From positions 14,387 through 78,386 of the forward strand of contig JBOHSH010000021.1 in NCBI GenBank assembly GCA_050733195.1: a DNA stretch of 64,000 bases, in the 5' to 3' direction. The number at the start of each line of letters is the position of its first letter. Position 1 is the first letter of the stretch. Source of the DNA: Gemmatimonadales bacterium (GTDB lineage Bacteria > Gemmatimonadota > Gemmatimonadetes > Gemmatimonadales > GWC2-71-9). This document shows positions 1-7,677 of the stretch, piece after piece. The notes under the pieces are model-generated. The model was not told the origin of the DNA, searched no databases, and saw only the letters and a list, made by a program, of their open reading frames with translations. The position numbers and the translations under genes are program-made.

Positions 1-431
1 ACGTTCCCGCCGAGCGTACAGGCGGTCTGGCTCGAGGGATCGGGAGCGTAGTAGAGCCCGTGCGGCGCGGCGGCCTCGGAGAGCCGCGCGTTCACCACGC
101 CGGGCTCGACGACCGCGCGGCGGCGGACCGGGTCGATGGAGAGGATGCGGTTGAGCCGCGTCAGCACGACGAGCACGCTCTCCGAGGCCGCCAGCGCGCC
201 GCCCGAGAGGCCGGTGCCGGCCCCCCGAGCGACCCAGGGGACGTCCGCCTCGGCCAGCGCGCGAATCACGGCGACGACTTCCTCCCGCGAGCCCGGGAGC
301 ACGGCGAGACGGGGCCGGGACGCGTGCGTCGGAAGACCATCCGCCTCGAAGGTCCGGAGCTCCGCGGGGCGCTCCCGCACCCACCGCGCGCCCACGATGG
401 CCGCGAGCCGGGTCGCCAGCGTCGGGCTCAC
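1..431 (-). CDS. FAD-binding (PCMH-type) oxidase, GlcD/D-lactate dehydrogenase-like; N-terminal part only, gene runs off the left edge
   Basis: Open-ended, so absent from the ORF track. My translation from GTG at 429-431 reads VSPTLATRLAAIVGARWV...LAVLPGSREEVVAVIRALAEADVPWVARGAGTGLSGGA...VVEPGVVNARL...YYAPDPSS, an FAD_binding_4-type pattern. GTGA start/stop overlap with the upstream gene. Confidence 0.7.
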   Translation of the reverse strand, partial: MSPTLATRLAAIVGARWVRERPAELRTFEADGLPTHASRPRLAVLPGSREEVVAVIRALAEADVPWVARGAGTGLSGGALAASESVLVVLTRLNRILSIDPVRRRAVVEPGVVNARLSEAAAPHGLYYAPDPSSQTACTLGGN

Positions 432-1075
432 GATCGCCCTCCCCTGCCGTTCCCCCGGGCCTGGGCGTGGACGACGGCGCGGGACTCGACGTCGGCGACG
501 AGCCCGGGGAGGGCGTGCAGCAGACGAGTCACCCGCGCGGTCGCGGAGCGGGCCTCGAGAAGGCTCTGCCGGGCCTCGAACTCCCACTCGAGCAGCGCCG
601 CCACCTGAAACGACAACTCCGGCGCCGGTGTGGCCAGCTCCACGTCCAGCACCTGGTCGCGCAGCGTGTTGATCGCGAGCGCGTAGCGCTCGGCCAGCAC
701 CCGCAGGAGCGCTACTTCATCGTCGGTGGGCACCTGGGTGTCCGGCTCGTCCTCCATCCACTCCACCAGACCCGTGTGATACGGAGTGCCGGTGGGAAGG
801 GGCTCGAGAAAACGAAACCGGCGCTCCCCTCCAACCACGATGTTCGAACGCCCCTCCGGCAACGGCTGCACCGCGCGCACGAGCGCCTCGCACCCCACCG
901 TTCCCGGCCCCGGCAACCCGCCCGCCTCCCCCGGCGGCAGGAGGCCGAACCGCCGGTCTCCCGCGGTCACGTCGGCGAGCAGCTGCCGGTAGCGTGGCTC
1001 GAAGATGTGGAGCGGGATCAGCGCGCCCGGGAAGAGCACGGTTTGGAGGGGAAAGAGCGGGAGGGGCGAGGGCAC
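428..1075 (-). CDS. Lon protease N-terminal (LON substrate-binding) domain protein
   Basis: ORF 428..1075. LPLFPLQTVLFPGALIPLHIFEPRYRQLL is the characteristic opening of standalone Lon-N domain proteins. Confidence 0.75.
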   Translation of the reverse strand: MPSPLPLFPLQTVLFPGALIPLHIFEPRYRQLLADVTAGDRRFGLLPPGEAGGLPGPGTVGCEALVRAVQPLPEGRSNIVVGGERRFRFLEPLPTGTPYHTGLVEWMEDEPDTQVPTDDEVALLRVLAERYALAINTLRDQVLDVELATPAPELSFQVAALLEWEFEARQSLLEARSATARVTRLLHALPGLVADVESRAVVHAQARGNGRGGRS

Positions 1076-1085
1076 AGGGGAAGGA

Positions 1086-1210
1086 TAGACGGGCGGACGG
1101 GGAGACGGACAGACGGGCGGAAGGCACAGACGGCCGGACGGCCAGAAAACAAAGACGGCCAGGGATTGGCTCTCCCTGGCCGTCCGGCCGTCCGGCCGAC
1201 GGGCCGTCTA
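1086..1210. repeat. Tandem GACGG-type units (octamer GACGGCCG) arranged as inverted arms around a hairpin
   Basis: Left arm 1086-1144 holds degenerate GACGG units ending in 2 x GACGGCCG. Right arm 1177-1208 holds 4 x CGGCCGTC, the reverse complement. The repeat fills the spacer between the sigma gene stop and the Lon-N gene start. Confidence 0.85.
1141..1184 (-). terminator. Intrinsic terminator of the sigma-factor gene
   Basis: Perfect 12-bp stem GACGGCCAGGGA (1154-1165) / TCCCTGGCCGTC (1173-1184) with a 7-nt loop. On the minus strand it is followed by TTTGTTTTCTGG. It sits about 24 nt after the stop at 1208. Confidence 0.7.
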
Positions 1211-2119
1211 CGCAGCCACGAAGTCTTCCTCTTCCTCCTGCTTCCGGAGACTCCGCACCTCCGGGGCGTTGCGCAGCTTCTCGAAGGACCGCTCGCGGAT
1301 CTGGCGCACGCGTTCCCGGGTCACACCCAGCATCGCCCCGATGCCTTCGAGGGTGAGCGCCTCGCTTCCCTCCTCGAGCCCGTAGTAGAGCGAGAGGATC
1401 CGCTGCTCCCTCGGCGTGAGATAGCGCCGGAAGAGCGCGGTGAGGAACTCCTTGCGGAGGCCCGCGTCCACCAGGTCCTCGATGTCGGCCGTGCCGCTCC
1501 CGGCGACCCGCTCGCCGAAGGTGGCGCTGGTGGAGTCGTGGCGCTCGACCGGGGCGTCGAGCGACACCTCGACCGTCGACACCAGTCGCGCCTGGCGGAT
1601 GGTCTCCACCGGCTCATCGAGCACCTGGGCCGTCTCCGCGTCGGTCGGCGTCCGGCCCAGCTCCTGGGCGAGCAGGCTCTCGATCTTCGCCATCTTCATG
1701 AGCGCGGCGTTCTGATTGAGGGGGATGCGGACCGTGCGCGTCTGCTCCGCCAGCGCCTTGAGGACGCACTGGCGCACCCACCAGACGGCATAGCTGATGA
1801 ACTTCACGCCGTGTGCCGGATCGAACTTCCGCACCGCCTTGAGCAACCCCTCGTTGCCGATCGCCACCAGCTCGGAGAGGTCGAGTCCGTGACCCTGGAA
1901 GCGCTTTACGTAGGAGATGACGAAGCGCAGATTCGCGGTGACGAGTCGATCGATCGCCGCCTGGTCGCCCTTGCGGGCACGCTTGGCGAGCCGAATTTCT
2001 TCCTTGGGATCCTCGATCATCGGCAGCTTGCGGATGTCGAGGAGGTATTGATCGAAGGCGTTACTGGGGGCGGACCGGTGAAGGGTCCGAGGGGTCGTCC
2101 GGACACGGACGTGGTGCAT
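1208..2119 (-). CDS. rpoD: RNA polymerase sigma-70 family factor, RpoD-like, compact form without region 1.1
   Basis: ORF 1208..2344 trimmed to the ATG at 2119 (MHHVRV...), which is preceded by GGAGGTGG. Regions 2-4 are clear: ANLRFVISYVKRFQGHGLDLSELVAIGNEGLLKAVRKFDP..GVKFISYAVWWVRQ, and LTLEGIGAMLGVTRERVRQIRERSF. Whether this is the primary sigma factor is not provable from the window. Confidence 0.8.
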   Translation of the reverse strand: MHHVRVRTTPRTLHRSAPSNAFDQYLLDIRKLPMIEDPKEEIRLAKRARKGDQAAIDRLVTANLRFVISYVKRFQGHGLDLSELVAIGNEGLLKAVRKFDPAHGVKFISYAVWWVRQCVLKALAEQTRTVRIPLNQNAALMKMAKIESLLAQELGRTPTDAETAQVLDEPVETIRQARLVSTVEVSLDAPVERHDSTSATFGERVAGSGTADIEDLVDAGLRKEFLTALFRRYLTPREQRILSLYYGLEEGSEALTLEGIGAMLGVTRERVRQIRERSFEKLRNAPEVRSLRKQEEEEDFVAA

Positions 2120-2216
2120 GCCACCTCCTACGAGCCGAACCCGCGTGGGAGCGCTTGTCGCAGAGTCACCCGCGGAACCGCGGGTCTGAAGTGCGAGGGC
2201 GAATCGGTAACGCGCC

Positions 2217-2245
2217 AATCTAGGGAACAATTTTTTGACGGTCAA
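2217..2245 (-). promoter_or_regulatory. Candidate sigma-70-type promoter for the sigma-factor gene
   Basis: Minus strand reads TTGACC (2240-2245), 17 nt spacer, TAGATT (2217-2222), about 90 nt upstream of the ATG. The -35 lies in the palindrome TTGACGGTCAA. Motif match only. Confidence 0.3.
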
Positions 2246-2371
2246 GCGTTTCGCATTTCCCACATCACAAATCACATCCGGACACACGCTTCGAAGGTTC
2301 GTCAACTTTGTGCACACCACACGGATCCACGCCGGTGTGTCCAAAACGCGGTAACTAATTTACTTATATTG

Positions 2372-2380
2372 TGTTATAAT
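2372..2380 (+). promoter_or_regulatory. Perfect extended -10 element TGTTATAAT in an AT-rich island
   Basis: The sequence tacttatattgTGTTATAATgc is the most AT-rich stretch of the window. It faces antisense into the aroB 3' end. The minus strand of the same island carries TATAAC/TATAAG, which could serve the sigma gene instead. Confidence 0.3.
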
Positions 2381-2425
2381 GCTTGATCGTGTGGAGAGCC
2401 GGTGGAGAACTCCCGCAGGGACCCG

Positions 2426-3505
2426 CTATCCCGGTCGCGAACACTCGAGCACATCCCGCACAACGGCCTCGGAAACGGGCACCGTCCAATTCCTGTCTCC
2501 CCCGGACATCGTGCCGATCGAGGCCGGGAGCGCGAAGCGCAGCGTGGTGTCACGGACCTTCTTGTCGTGGCCCAACGCGGCGAGGAGGGCGTCGGTGGTC
2601 CATGACCCCTGGAGCGCGGTCGCGCTTCCCAGCCGATCGAGGGCGGTCCCCACCCGCGCGGCCAGTCCGGAGGCTGCCACGCCGATGCGCTCGGCGAGCA
2701 GCGACTCGATGGCGAGACCGATGCCGACCGCCTCGCCGTGCAGAATGGAGAACCGGGAGACCTGCTCGATCGCGTGACCGATGGTATGCCCCGCGTTGAG
2801 CACGGCGCGCCGACCCTGCTCGCGCTCGTCCTCCGTCACGATCGAGGCCTTGATGGTGACGCTTCGGCCAACCAGCTCCGTCAGCCGATCGGCGTTGGCA
2901 CCCAGGAGAGACTCCGCTTCCCGCTCGGTCCAGTCGAAGTATTCCGCATCGGCGACGAGCCCGTGCTTGAGCGCCTCGACCAGCCCGGCTCTCAGGTGAG
3001 CGAGGTGCAGGGTGCGAAGCACTGCCGGGTCGGCGAGCACGCCCGCCGGAGGATGAAACGCTCCGACCAGGTTCTTGCCGAGTCGTGTGTTGACGCCGGT
3101 CTTCCCGCCGACGGACGCGTCCACCATCGCGAGGAGCGACGTCGGCACAGCGATCCATGGAATCCCGCGGAGGTATGTCGCGGCGACGAAGCCCGCGAGA
3201 TCCCCCACGACTCCGCCTCCCACCGCCACGAGCGCACCGTCCCGGCCCAGGCCGAGGGCGAGGAGGCGATCGGTGAGGGCACCCCAGCGAGCGCGGGTCT
3301 TCGAGGCCTCGCCGGGAGCCACGACCAGAGTCGGCACCGACAGGTCGTGGGAGACCGCCCGAGCCACGGTCCGATCGGTGACGACCACGAGGCGCCTGCC
3401 GGGCAGCAGCGCGGCGCATCGGGCCGCGAGGCTCCCGATGAGCCCGGGTGCCACGAAGACGGGATAACTCCCCGCCGAGTACACGACGCGGACGACCGGC
3501 TCCAT
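2426..3505 (-). CDS. aroB: 3-dehydroquinate synthase
   Basis: ORF 2426..3535. Motifs GGGVVGDLAGFVAATYLRGIPWIAVPTSLLAMVDASVGGKTGVN and NAGHTIGHAIE..HGEAVGIG. Start set at the ATG at 3505 (MEPVVRVVYSAGSY), 1 nt after the upstream stop. Confidence 0.9.
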   Translation of the reverse strand: MEPVVRVVYSAGSYPVFVAPGLIGSLAARCAALLPGRRLVVVTDRTVARAVSHDLSVPTLVVAPGEASKTRARWGALTDRLLALGLGRDGALVAVGGGVVGDLAGFVAATYLRGIPWIAVPTSLLAMVDASVGGKTGVNTRLGKNLVGAFHPPAGVLADPAVLRTLHLAHLRAGLVEALKHGLVADAEYFDWTEREAESLLGANADRLTELVGRSVTIKASIVTEDEREQGRRAVLNAGHTIGHAIEQVSRFSILHGEAVGIGLAIESLLAERIGVAASGLAARVGTALDRLGSATALQGSWTTDALLAALGHDKKVRDTTLRFALPASIGTMSGGDRNWTVPVSEAVVRDVLECSRPG

Positions 3506-3506
3506 G

Positions 3507-4052
3507 CTACCAGGTGACGTCCGCCCGGCCGGCACGGTGGTTCGCCAGGCGGGCGAGGGTAAAGAGGTAATCGGAGAGGCGATTCAGGTAGACGAGAAAC
3601 TCCGCGGGAACGGCGGCCTCGCGCGCGAGCGCGACGACGCTTCGCTCGGCGCGGCGGCAGACGGTTCGGGCGAGGTGGAGGGCGGCAGCCTTCGGGCTCC
3701 CACCCGGGAGGATGAACGCCTTGAGCGGCGGCAGCTCGAGATCGGCGGCGTCGATCGCGCGCTCGAACTTCAGTTCCCACCCCTCGCGGATGGCGGCGCG
3801 GGCGAGGGCTTCGCGCACCCGCTCCGGATCCGGCGTGGCCAGGTGCCCGCCGACCACGAACAGGTCGCGCTGCACCGCCTCGAGCTCGGCGTCGAAGAGA
3901 TCTTCCGGCGGCGTGGCCCGGGCGACCCCGATCGCCGAGTTGAGCTCATCGACGTCGCCGTAGGCGGCCACCCGCGAGTGGGCCTTCGACACGCGTCCGC
4001 CGCCGAAGAGTCCCGTCTCACCGGTGTCGCCGGTCTTCGTGTAGATCTTCAT
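3507..4052 (-). CDS. ATP:cob(I)alamin adenosyltransferase, PduO type
   Basis: The N-terminus MKIYTKTGDTGETGLFGGGRVSKAHSRVAAYGDVDELNSAIG is the signature of PduO/MMAB-type adenosyltransferases. Confidence 0.85.
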   Translation of the reverse strand: MKIYTKTGDTGETGLFGGGRVSKAHSRVAAYGDVDELNSAIGVARATPPEDLFDAELEAVQRDLFVVGGHLATPDPERVREALARAAIREGWELKFERAIDAADLELPPLKAFILPGGSPKAAALHLARTVCRRAERSVVALAREAAVPAEFLVYLNRLSDYLFTLARLANHRAGRADVTW

Positions 4053-4096
4053 GCAGAGAAGATAGGCGTTTCGCCGAACCCGTCTATTATTCGCCC

Positions 4097-5128
4097 GTGC
4101 CGAACACGCTCACCGACATCACGATCATCGGCGCAGGCCCGACCGGGCTCTTTGGCGCCTTCTACGCCGGCATGCGGGGCGCCTCGTGCCGGCTGGTCGA
4201 CGCGCTGCCGGCCCTCGGCGGCCAGCTCATGGCGCTCTACCCCGAGAAGTTCATCTTCGACGTGGCGGGGTTTCCCCGCGTGCTCGCGAAGGATCTCGTG
4301 AAGGACATGGCGGAGCAGGCGCTTCAGTTCGGCTGCGAAGTGCGCCTGGACGAGGTGGTGACGGCCCTCACGCGCGAGGGCGATGCCGGTCCGTCGGGGC
4401 ACTTCCTCCTCTCGACCGACCGCGCGGTCCATCCGACGCGCACGATCATCATCGCCGCGGGAATCGGCGCGTTCGAGCCGCGGAAGCTGCCCGCCGAGGG
4501 GCTGGAGCCGTGGGAAGGCCGCGGACTCTTCTACAAGGTTCTCGACCCGAAGCTGTTCGCCGGCCAGCGGGTCCTGGTCGTGGGGGGGGGCGATTCAGCC
4601 TTCGACTGGGTGGTGCACCTCGAGGATGTCGCCGCGTCCGTGATGCTTATCCACCGTCGCGACGGATTCCGGGCGCACATGGCGACGGTCCGGCAGGTCG
4701 AACGCATGCAGCGGCAGGGCAAGTGCGTCGTGCGGACCTTCTGCGAGGTGAAGGCCATCGAGGGGAACGAGAAAGTCGAGCGGGTGATCCTCCACGACAC
4801 CAAGACCGGCGCCCTCGATACTCTGCCCATCGACGCCGTCATCCCTCAGCTCGGCTTCCATTCCGACCTGGGTCCCATCAAGAGCTGGGGTCTCGATACC
4901 GAGAAGGCCGACATCAAGGTCGACCGGGTGATGCTCACCAGTGTCCCGGGGATTTACGCCGCGGGCGACATCGCGACCTACGAGGGCAAGCTCAAGCTGA
5001 TCGCGACGGGGGCGGCGGAGGCCTGCACGGCCGTGAACCACGCCGTGCACTGGCTCGACCCCAAGCGGAAGATGAACCCCGGGCACAGCTCGGAGCTCAA
5101 GATCTTCGCGACCCAGCAGCACGGCTAG
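4097..5128 (+). CDS. Ferredoxin-NADP+ reductase, thioredoxin-reductase-like type
   Basis: ITIIGAGPTGLFGAFYAGMRG...GGQLMALYPEKFIFDVAGFP and a second dinucleotide fold VLVVGGGDSAFDW. The length and C-terminus match the YumC-like family. Confidence 0.85.
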   Translation: MPNTLTDITIIGAGPTGLFGAFYAGMRGASCRLVDALPALGGQLMALYPEKFIFDVAGFPRVLAKDLVKDMAEQALQFGCEVRLDEVVTALTREGDAGPSGHFLLSTDRAVHPTRTIIIAAGIGAFEPRKLPAEGLEPWEGRGLFYKVLDPKLFAGQRVLVVGGGDSAFDWVVHLEDVAASVMLIHRRDGFRAHMATVRQVERMQRQGKCVVRTFCEVKAIEGNEKVERVILHDTKTGALDTLPIDAVIPQLGFHSDLGPIKSWGLDTEKADIKVDRVMLTSVPGIYAAGDIATYEGKLKLIATGAAEACTAVNHAVHWLDPKRKMNPGHSSELKIFATQQHG

Positions 5129-5257
5129 GGGTTCTGGGTTCTGAGTACTGGGTTCTGGGTTGTCGATTTCGGACATCGAACTCAGAACTCAGAACTCAGA
5201 ACTCAGAACTCAGAACTCAGAACTCAGAACTCAGTGCATGGCCAGAACCCAGAACTC
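5129..5257. repeat. Heptamer array with inverted arms: 5 x GGGTTCT-type, a 15-nt palindromic core, 8 perfect AACTCAG, then AGAACCC AGAACTC
   Basis: Read directly from the sequence. It fills the entire convergent spacer between the reductase stop (5128) and the dacB stop (5256-5258). Confidence 0.95.
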
Positions 5258-6791
5258 ACTGTCGTCCGATTTCCACTACGAGGCTGTCGATCTGGCGGTT
5301 TATGGCGGCTCCGCCAAGATCGTGATTGTTGGTGAGGATCGAGAACACGCGGATCCGTCCCTTCGGCAGGGTGACGTAGCCCGACAGGGCATTCACCCGG
5401 AAGATCGTTCCCGTCTTGGCGAAGACCCGGCCCTCGACCGGCGTGGCCACCATCCGGCGCTCGATGGTGCCGCTCCGGCCGGCGACCGGGAGCGCGTCAG
5501 CGAAGGCCGCGAAGTTCGGATGGCGGCGCATCCAGAGCAGGAGCTTCGCGAACGCCATGGGGGAGACCACGTTCCCGTGGGAGAGGCCCGACCCGTCGCG
5601 CGGAGCCAGCTGGGTTGAGTCGAGGCCGACCGAGTCGATCAGGAACCGGCGTTCGACCATGAGCCCGGAGCGCCAGGATCCCTCTCCGCCGAACCGGCGC
5701 CCCAGCTGCTTCAGGAGCATCTCGGCGAAGAGGTTCTGACTGGGTCCGAGGATCGGGACGAGCCACTCCCGGAGCGGACGCGATTCGATCTCGGCGATGG
5801 GCGTGGCTTCCCGCGCCGACCGGTATCGCAGGGAGTCCGTTGTGGACAGCGTGGGGCCGAGCACTGCGATCCCCGCCTCGGCCAGCGCCGCGCGCAGGGC
5901 GACTGCGGCGTAGCGATTGGGGTCCGGCAGGGCGACGAAGGAGGTCCGTTCGGGACGCCCGAGCGCCATTCGGCCCAGAGCCCAGAGCCGGTGCTGGTCG
6001 CGGTCGCCTCCGATATCGAGGGCGAAGCCGCTGTCGGCCGCGGTGGTCCTCGTCCGGTTCTCGAGAACGAGATCGCCGAAGGCCGGGGTTGCGGAGATCC
6101 GCCCGGGTGCGCCGACCGAGTCCCCCGGTCCCCAGCGGATATCGACGCTGTTGTCGTTGAAGGCGAGGGCGGAGACCGGCGCGGCGTACCACCAGACGAG
6201 ATCGCCCTGCTCCCAGCTCTCGTGCAGGACGGTGGGCTCGAAGAAGCTGCCGTCCCCGACGATCGCCCCCGTGATGGTTCGGATGCCCGAGGCCCGGATC
6301 CGGCTCGCGAGCTCGCGAACCCTGGTCATCGGGTCCCGCTCGCAGACCCCGGCGCGCGCGGTGTCGGCGCCGAAGCAGCGGCGGCTCCAGGTCGGGTCGC
6401 CCCGTCCGTAGAGCACCAGGTCCCCTCGTAACACGCCGTTCGTGACCGGCCCGGTGCCGTACACGCTGGTGGCGACCCGGCTGTCCGGGGGAAGCAGCGC
6501 CGCCGCGGCCGCGCTCACCAGGAGCTTGGTGTTGCTCGCGGGGACGAAGAGCCGGGTGCCGTTGCGCTCGAAGAGGACCTTCCCGGTGGTGTCGAGCACG
6601 ACCACCCCCCACTGATGTCGCTCGAAGCCGGGCGCGTCGAGGAGGCGGGTCAGGCGCCCGGATAACGACTGAGCGAGGAGGGAATCGGTCGCTGGAGCGA
6701 CCGGACCGTAGAGGCTCGCGACCAGGAACGCCACCCGAATCGCCGGACGGCCCGGTCTACGCAAGCCGCACCCGGGGATCCACTCGAGCAT
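5256..6791 (-). CDS. dacB: D-alanyl-D-alanine carboxypeptidase/endopeptidase, PBP4 (peptidase S13)
   Basis: VPASNTKLL (SxxK), GSGLSHGN (SxN) and AKTGT (KTG), plus a signal-peptide-like N-terminus. The start at 6791 overlaps the upstream permease by 35 nt; the alternative GTG at 6734 is not excluded. Confidence 0.85.
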   Translation of the reverse strand: MLEWIPGCGLRRPGRPAIRVAFLVASLYGPVAPATDSLLAQSLSGRLTRLLDAPGFERHQWGVVVLDTTGKVLFERNGTRLFVPASNTKLLVSAAAAALLPPDSRVATSVYGTGPVTNGVLRGDLVLYGRGDPTWSRRCFGADTARAGVCERDPMTRVRELASRIRASGIRTITGAIVGDGSFFEPTVLHESWEQGDLVWWYAAPVSALAFNDNSVDIRWGPGDSVGAPGRISATPAFGDLVLENRTRTTAADSGFALDIGGDRDQHRLWALGRMALGRPERTSFVALPDPNRYAAVALRAALAEAGIAVLGPTLSTTDSLRYRSAREATPIAEIESRPLREWLVPILGPSQNLFAEMLLKQLGRRFGGEGSWRSGLMVERRFLIDSVGLDSTQLAPRDGSGLSHGNVVSPMAFAKLLLWMRRHPNFAAFADALPVAGRSGTIERRMVATPVEGRVFAKTGTIFRVNALSGYVTLPKGRIRVFSILTNNHDLGGAAINRQIDSLVVEIGRQ

Positions 6792-7677
6792 AGACGAGAT
6801 CCGTGACCAGGTTCACGATGACGAAGACGACGCTGAGGAAGAGAATGCTCCCCTGGATGGCGGGGAGGTCCCGCTTTTCGATGGCGGTGAGCACGTACCG
6901 GCCGACCCCGGGCCAGGAAAAGATCGTCTCGGTGAGGATCGACCCGGTCAGGTAGCTGCCGAAGTCGAGCCCGATGACGGTGACGACGGGCAGGAGCGCC
7001 GCGCGGAGCGCGTGCGAGACGAGGACGCGGCGCTCGCCGAGCCCCTTGGCCCTCGCGGTGCGCACGAACTCACTCTGCATCGCCTCCTGCATGGCGGCGC
7101 GACTGGTGCGGGCGAGAAAGGCGACCGAGCGCATGCCGAGCGTGAGAGCGGGGAGGACCAGAAAGGCGAGCCCGCCGTACCCCGACGGCGGCAGCCAGCG
7201 GAGCCCGACGGCAAAGAGGAGGATGAGCACGAGCCCGACCCAGTACACCGGGAACGACACCGCGAGATAGGCGCCGAGGGTGCCGATCCGGTCGAGCCAG
7301 CCGCCGGGTCGAGCCGCGCTCACCGCGCCGATCGTCACCCCCGCGATCACGGCCACCACCATCGCGGACGCGGCGAGCTGCAGGGTGGCGGGAAAGCGCT
7401 CCAGGAGGTCCTGCATGATGGGTCGGCGGGTGATGTAGGAGCGGCCGAGGTCGCCGGTGAGCACTCCGCCGGCATAGGCGACGAATCGGCGCGGCAGGGG
7501 GTCGTCGAGCCGGAGCTCGGACCGGAGCCGCGCGATGGTCTCGGCGTCGGCGCGCTCGCCCACCATCGCCTGGACCGGATCTCCAGGGACCACATGGAGG
7601 AGCAGGAAGGTGATGACGAGAACGCCGGCCAGCGTGGGGAGGAGCAGCAGGATGCGCGAGCCGAGGAGGCGGATCAC
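6757..7677 (-). CDS. Peptide/nickel ABC transporter permease, DppB/OppB-like
   Basis: The C-terminal 306 aa of ORF 6757..7992 match DppB-type permeases: HVVPGDPVQAMVGE, SFPVYWVGLVLILLFAV, EFVRTARAKGL. The GTG start at 7677 forms a GTGA overlap with the SBP stop. Confidence 0.85.
   Translation of the reverse strand: MIRLLGSRILLLLPTLAGVLVITFLLLHVVPGDPVQAMVGERADAETIARLRSELRLDDPLPRRFVAYAGGVLTGDLGRSYITRRPIMQDLLERFPATLQLAASAMVVAVIAGVTIGAVSAARPGGWLDRIGTLGAYLAVSFPVYWVGLVLILLFAVGLRWLPPSGYGGLAFLVLPALTLGMRSVAFLARTSRAAMQEAMQSEFVRTARAKGLGERRVLVSHALRAALLPVVTVIGLDFGSYLTGSILTETIFSWPGVGRYVLTAIEKRDLPAIQGSILFLSVVFVIVNLVTDLVYARVDPRVRLA

Noticed and set aside
467-2386. 639-aa plus-strand ORF
   Set aside because: It is antisense to the Lon-N-domain and sigma-factor genes, both of which have strong family signatures. 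Its composition is a shadow of theirs.
2120-2425. tRNA or other structured RNA gene in the long aroB/rpoD spacer
   Set aside because: I could not find a cloverleaf-compatible acceptor or T-arm; there is no GTTCRANYC-type T-loop with flanking stems. Only a short leader hairpin (2168-2185) and promoter-like elements are visible. A covariance-model scan would be needed to be sure.
4186-5618. ORFs 4186..5325 and 5160..5618, which translate the heptamer array as [14 protein letters not shown] repeats
   Set aside because: The peptide repeat is just the 7-nt DNA repeat read in rotating frames. The flanks overlap the reductase and dacB genes out of frame or antisense.
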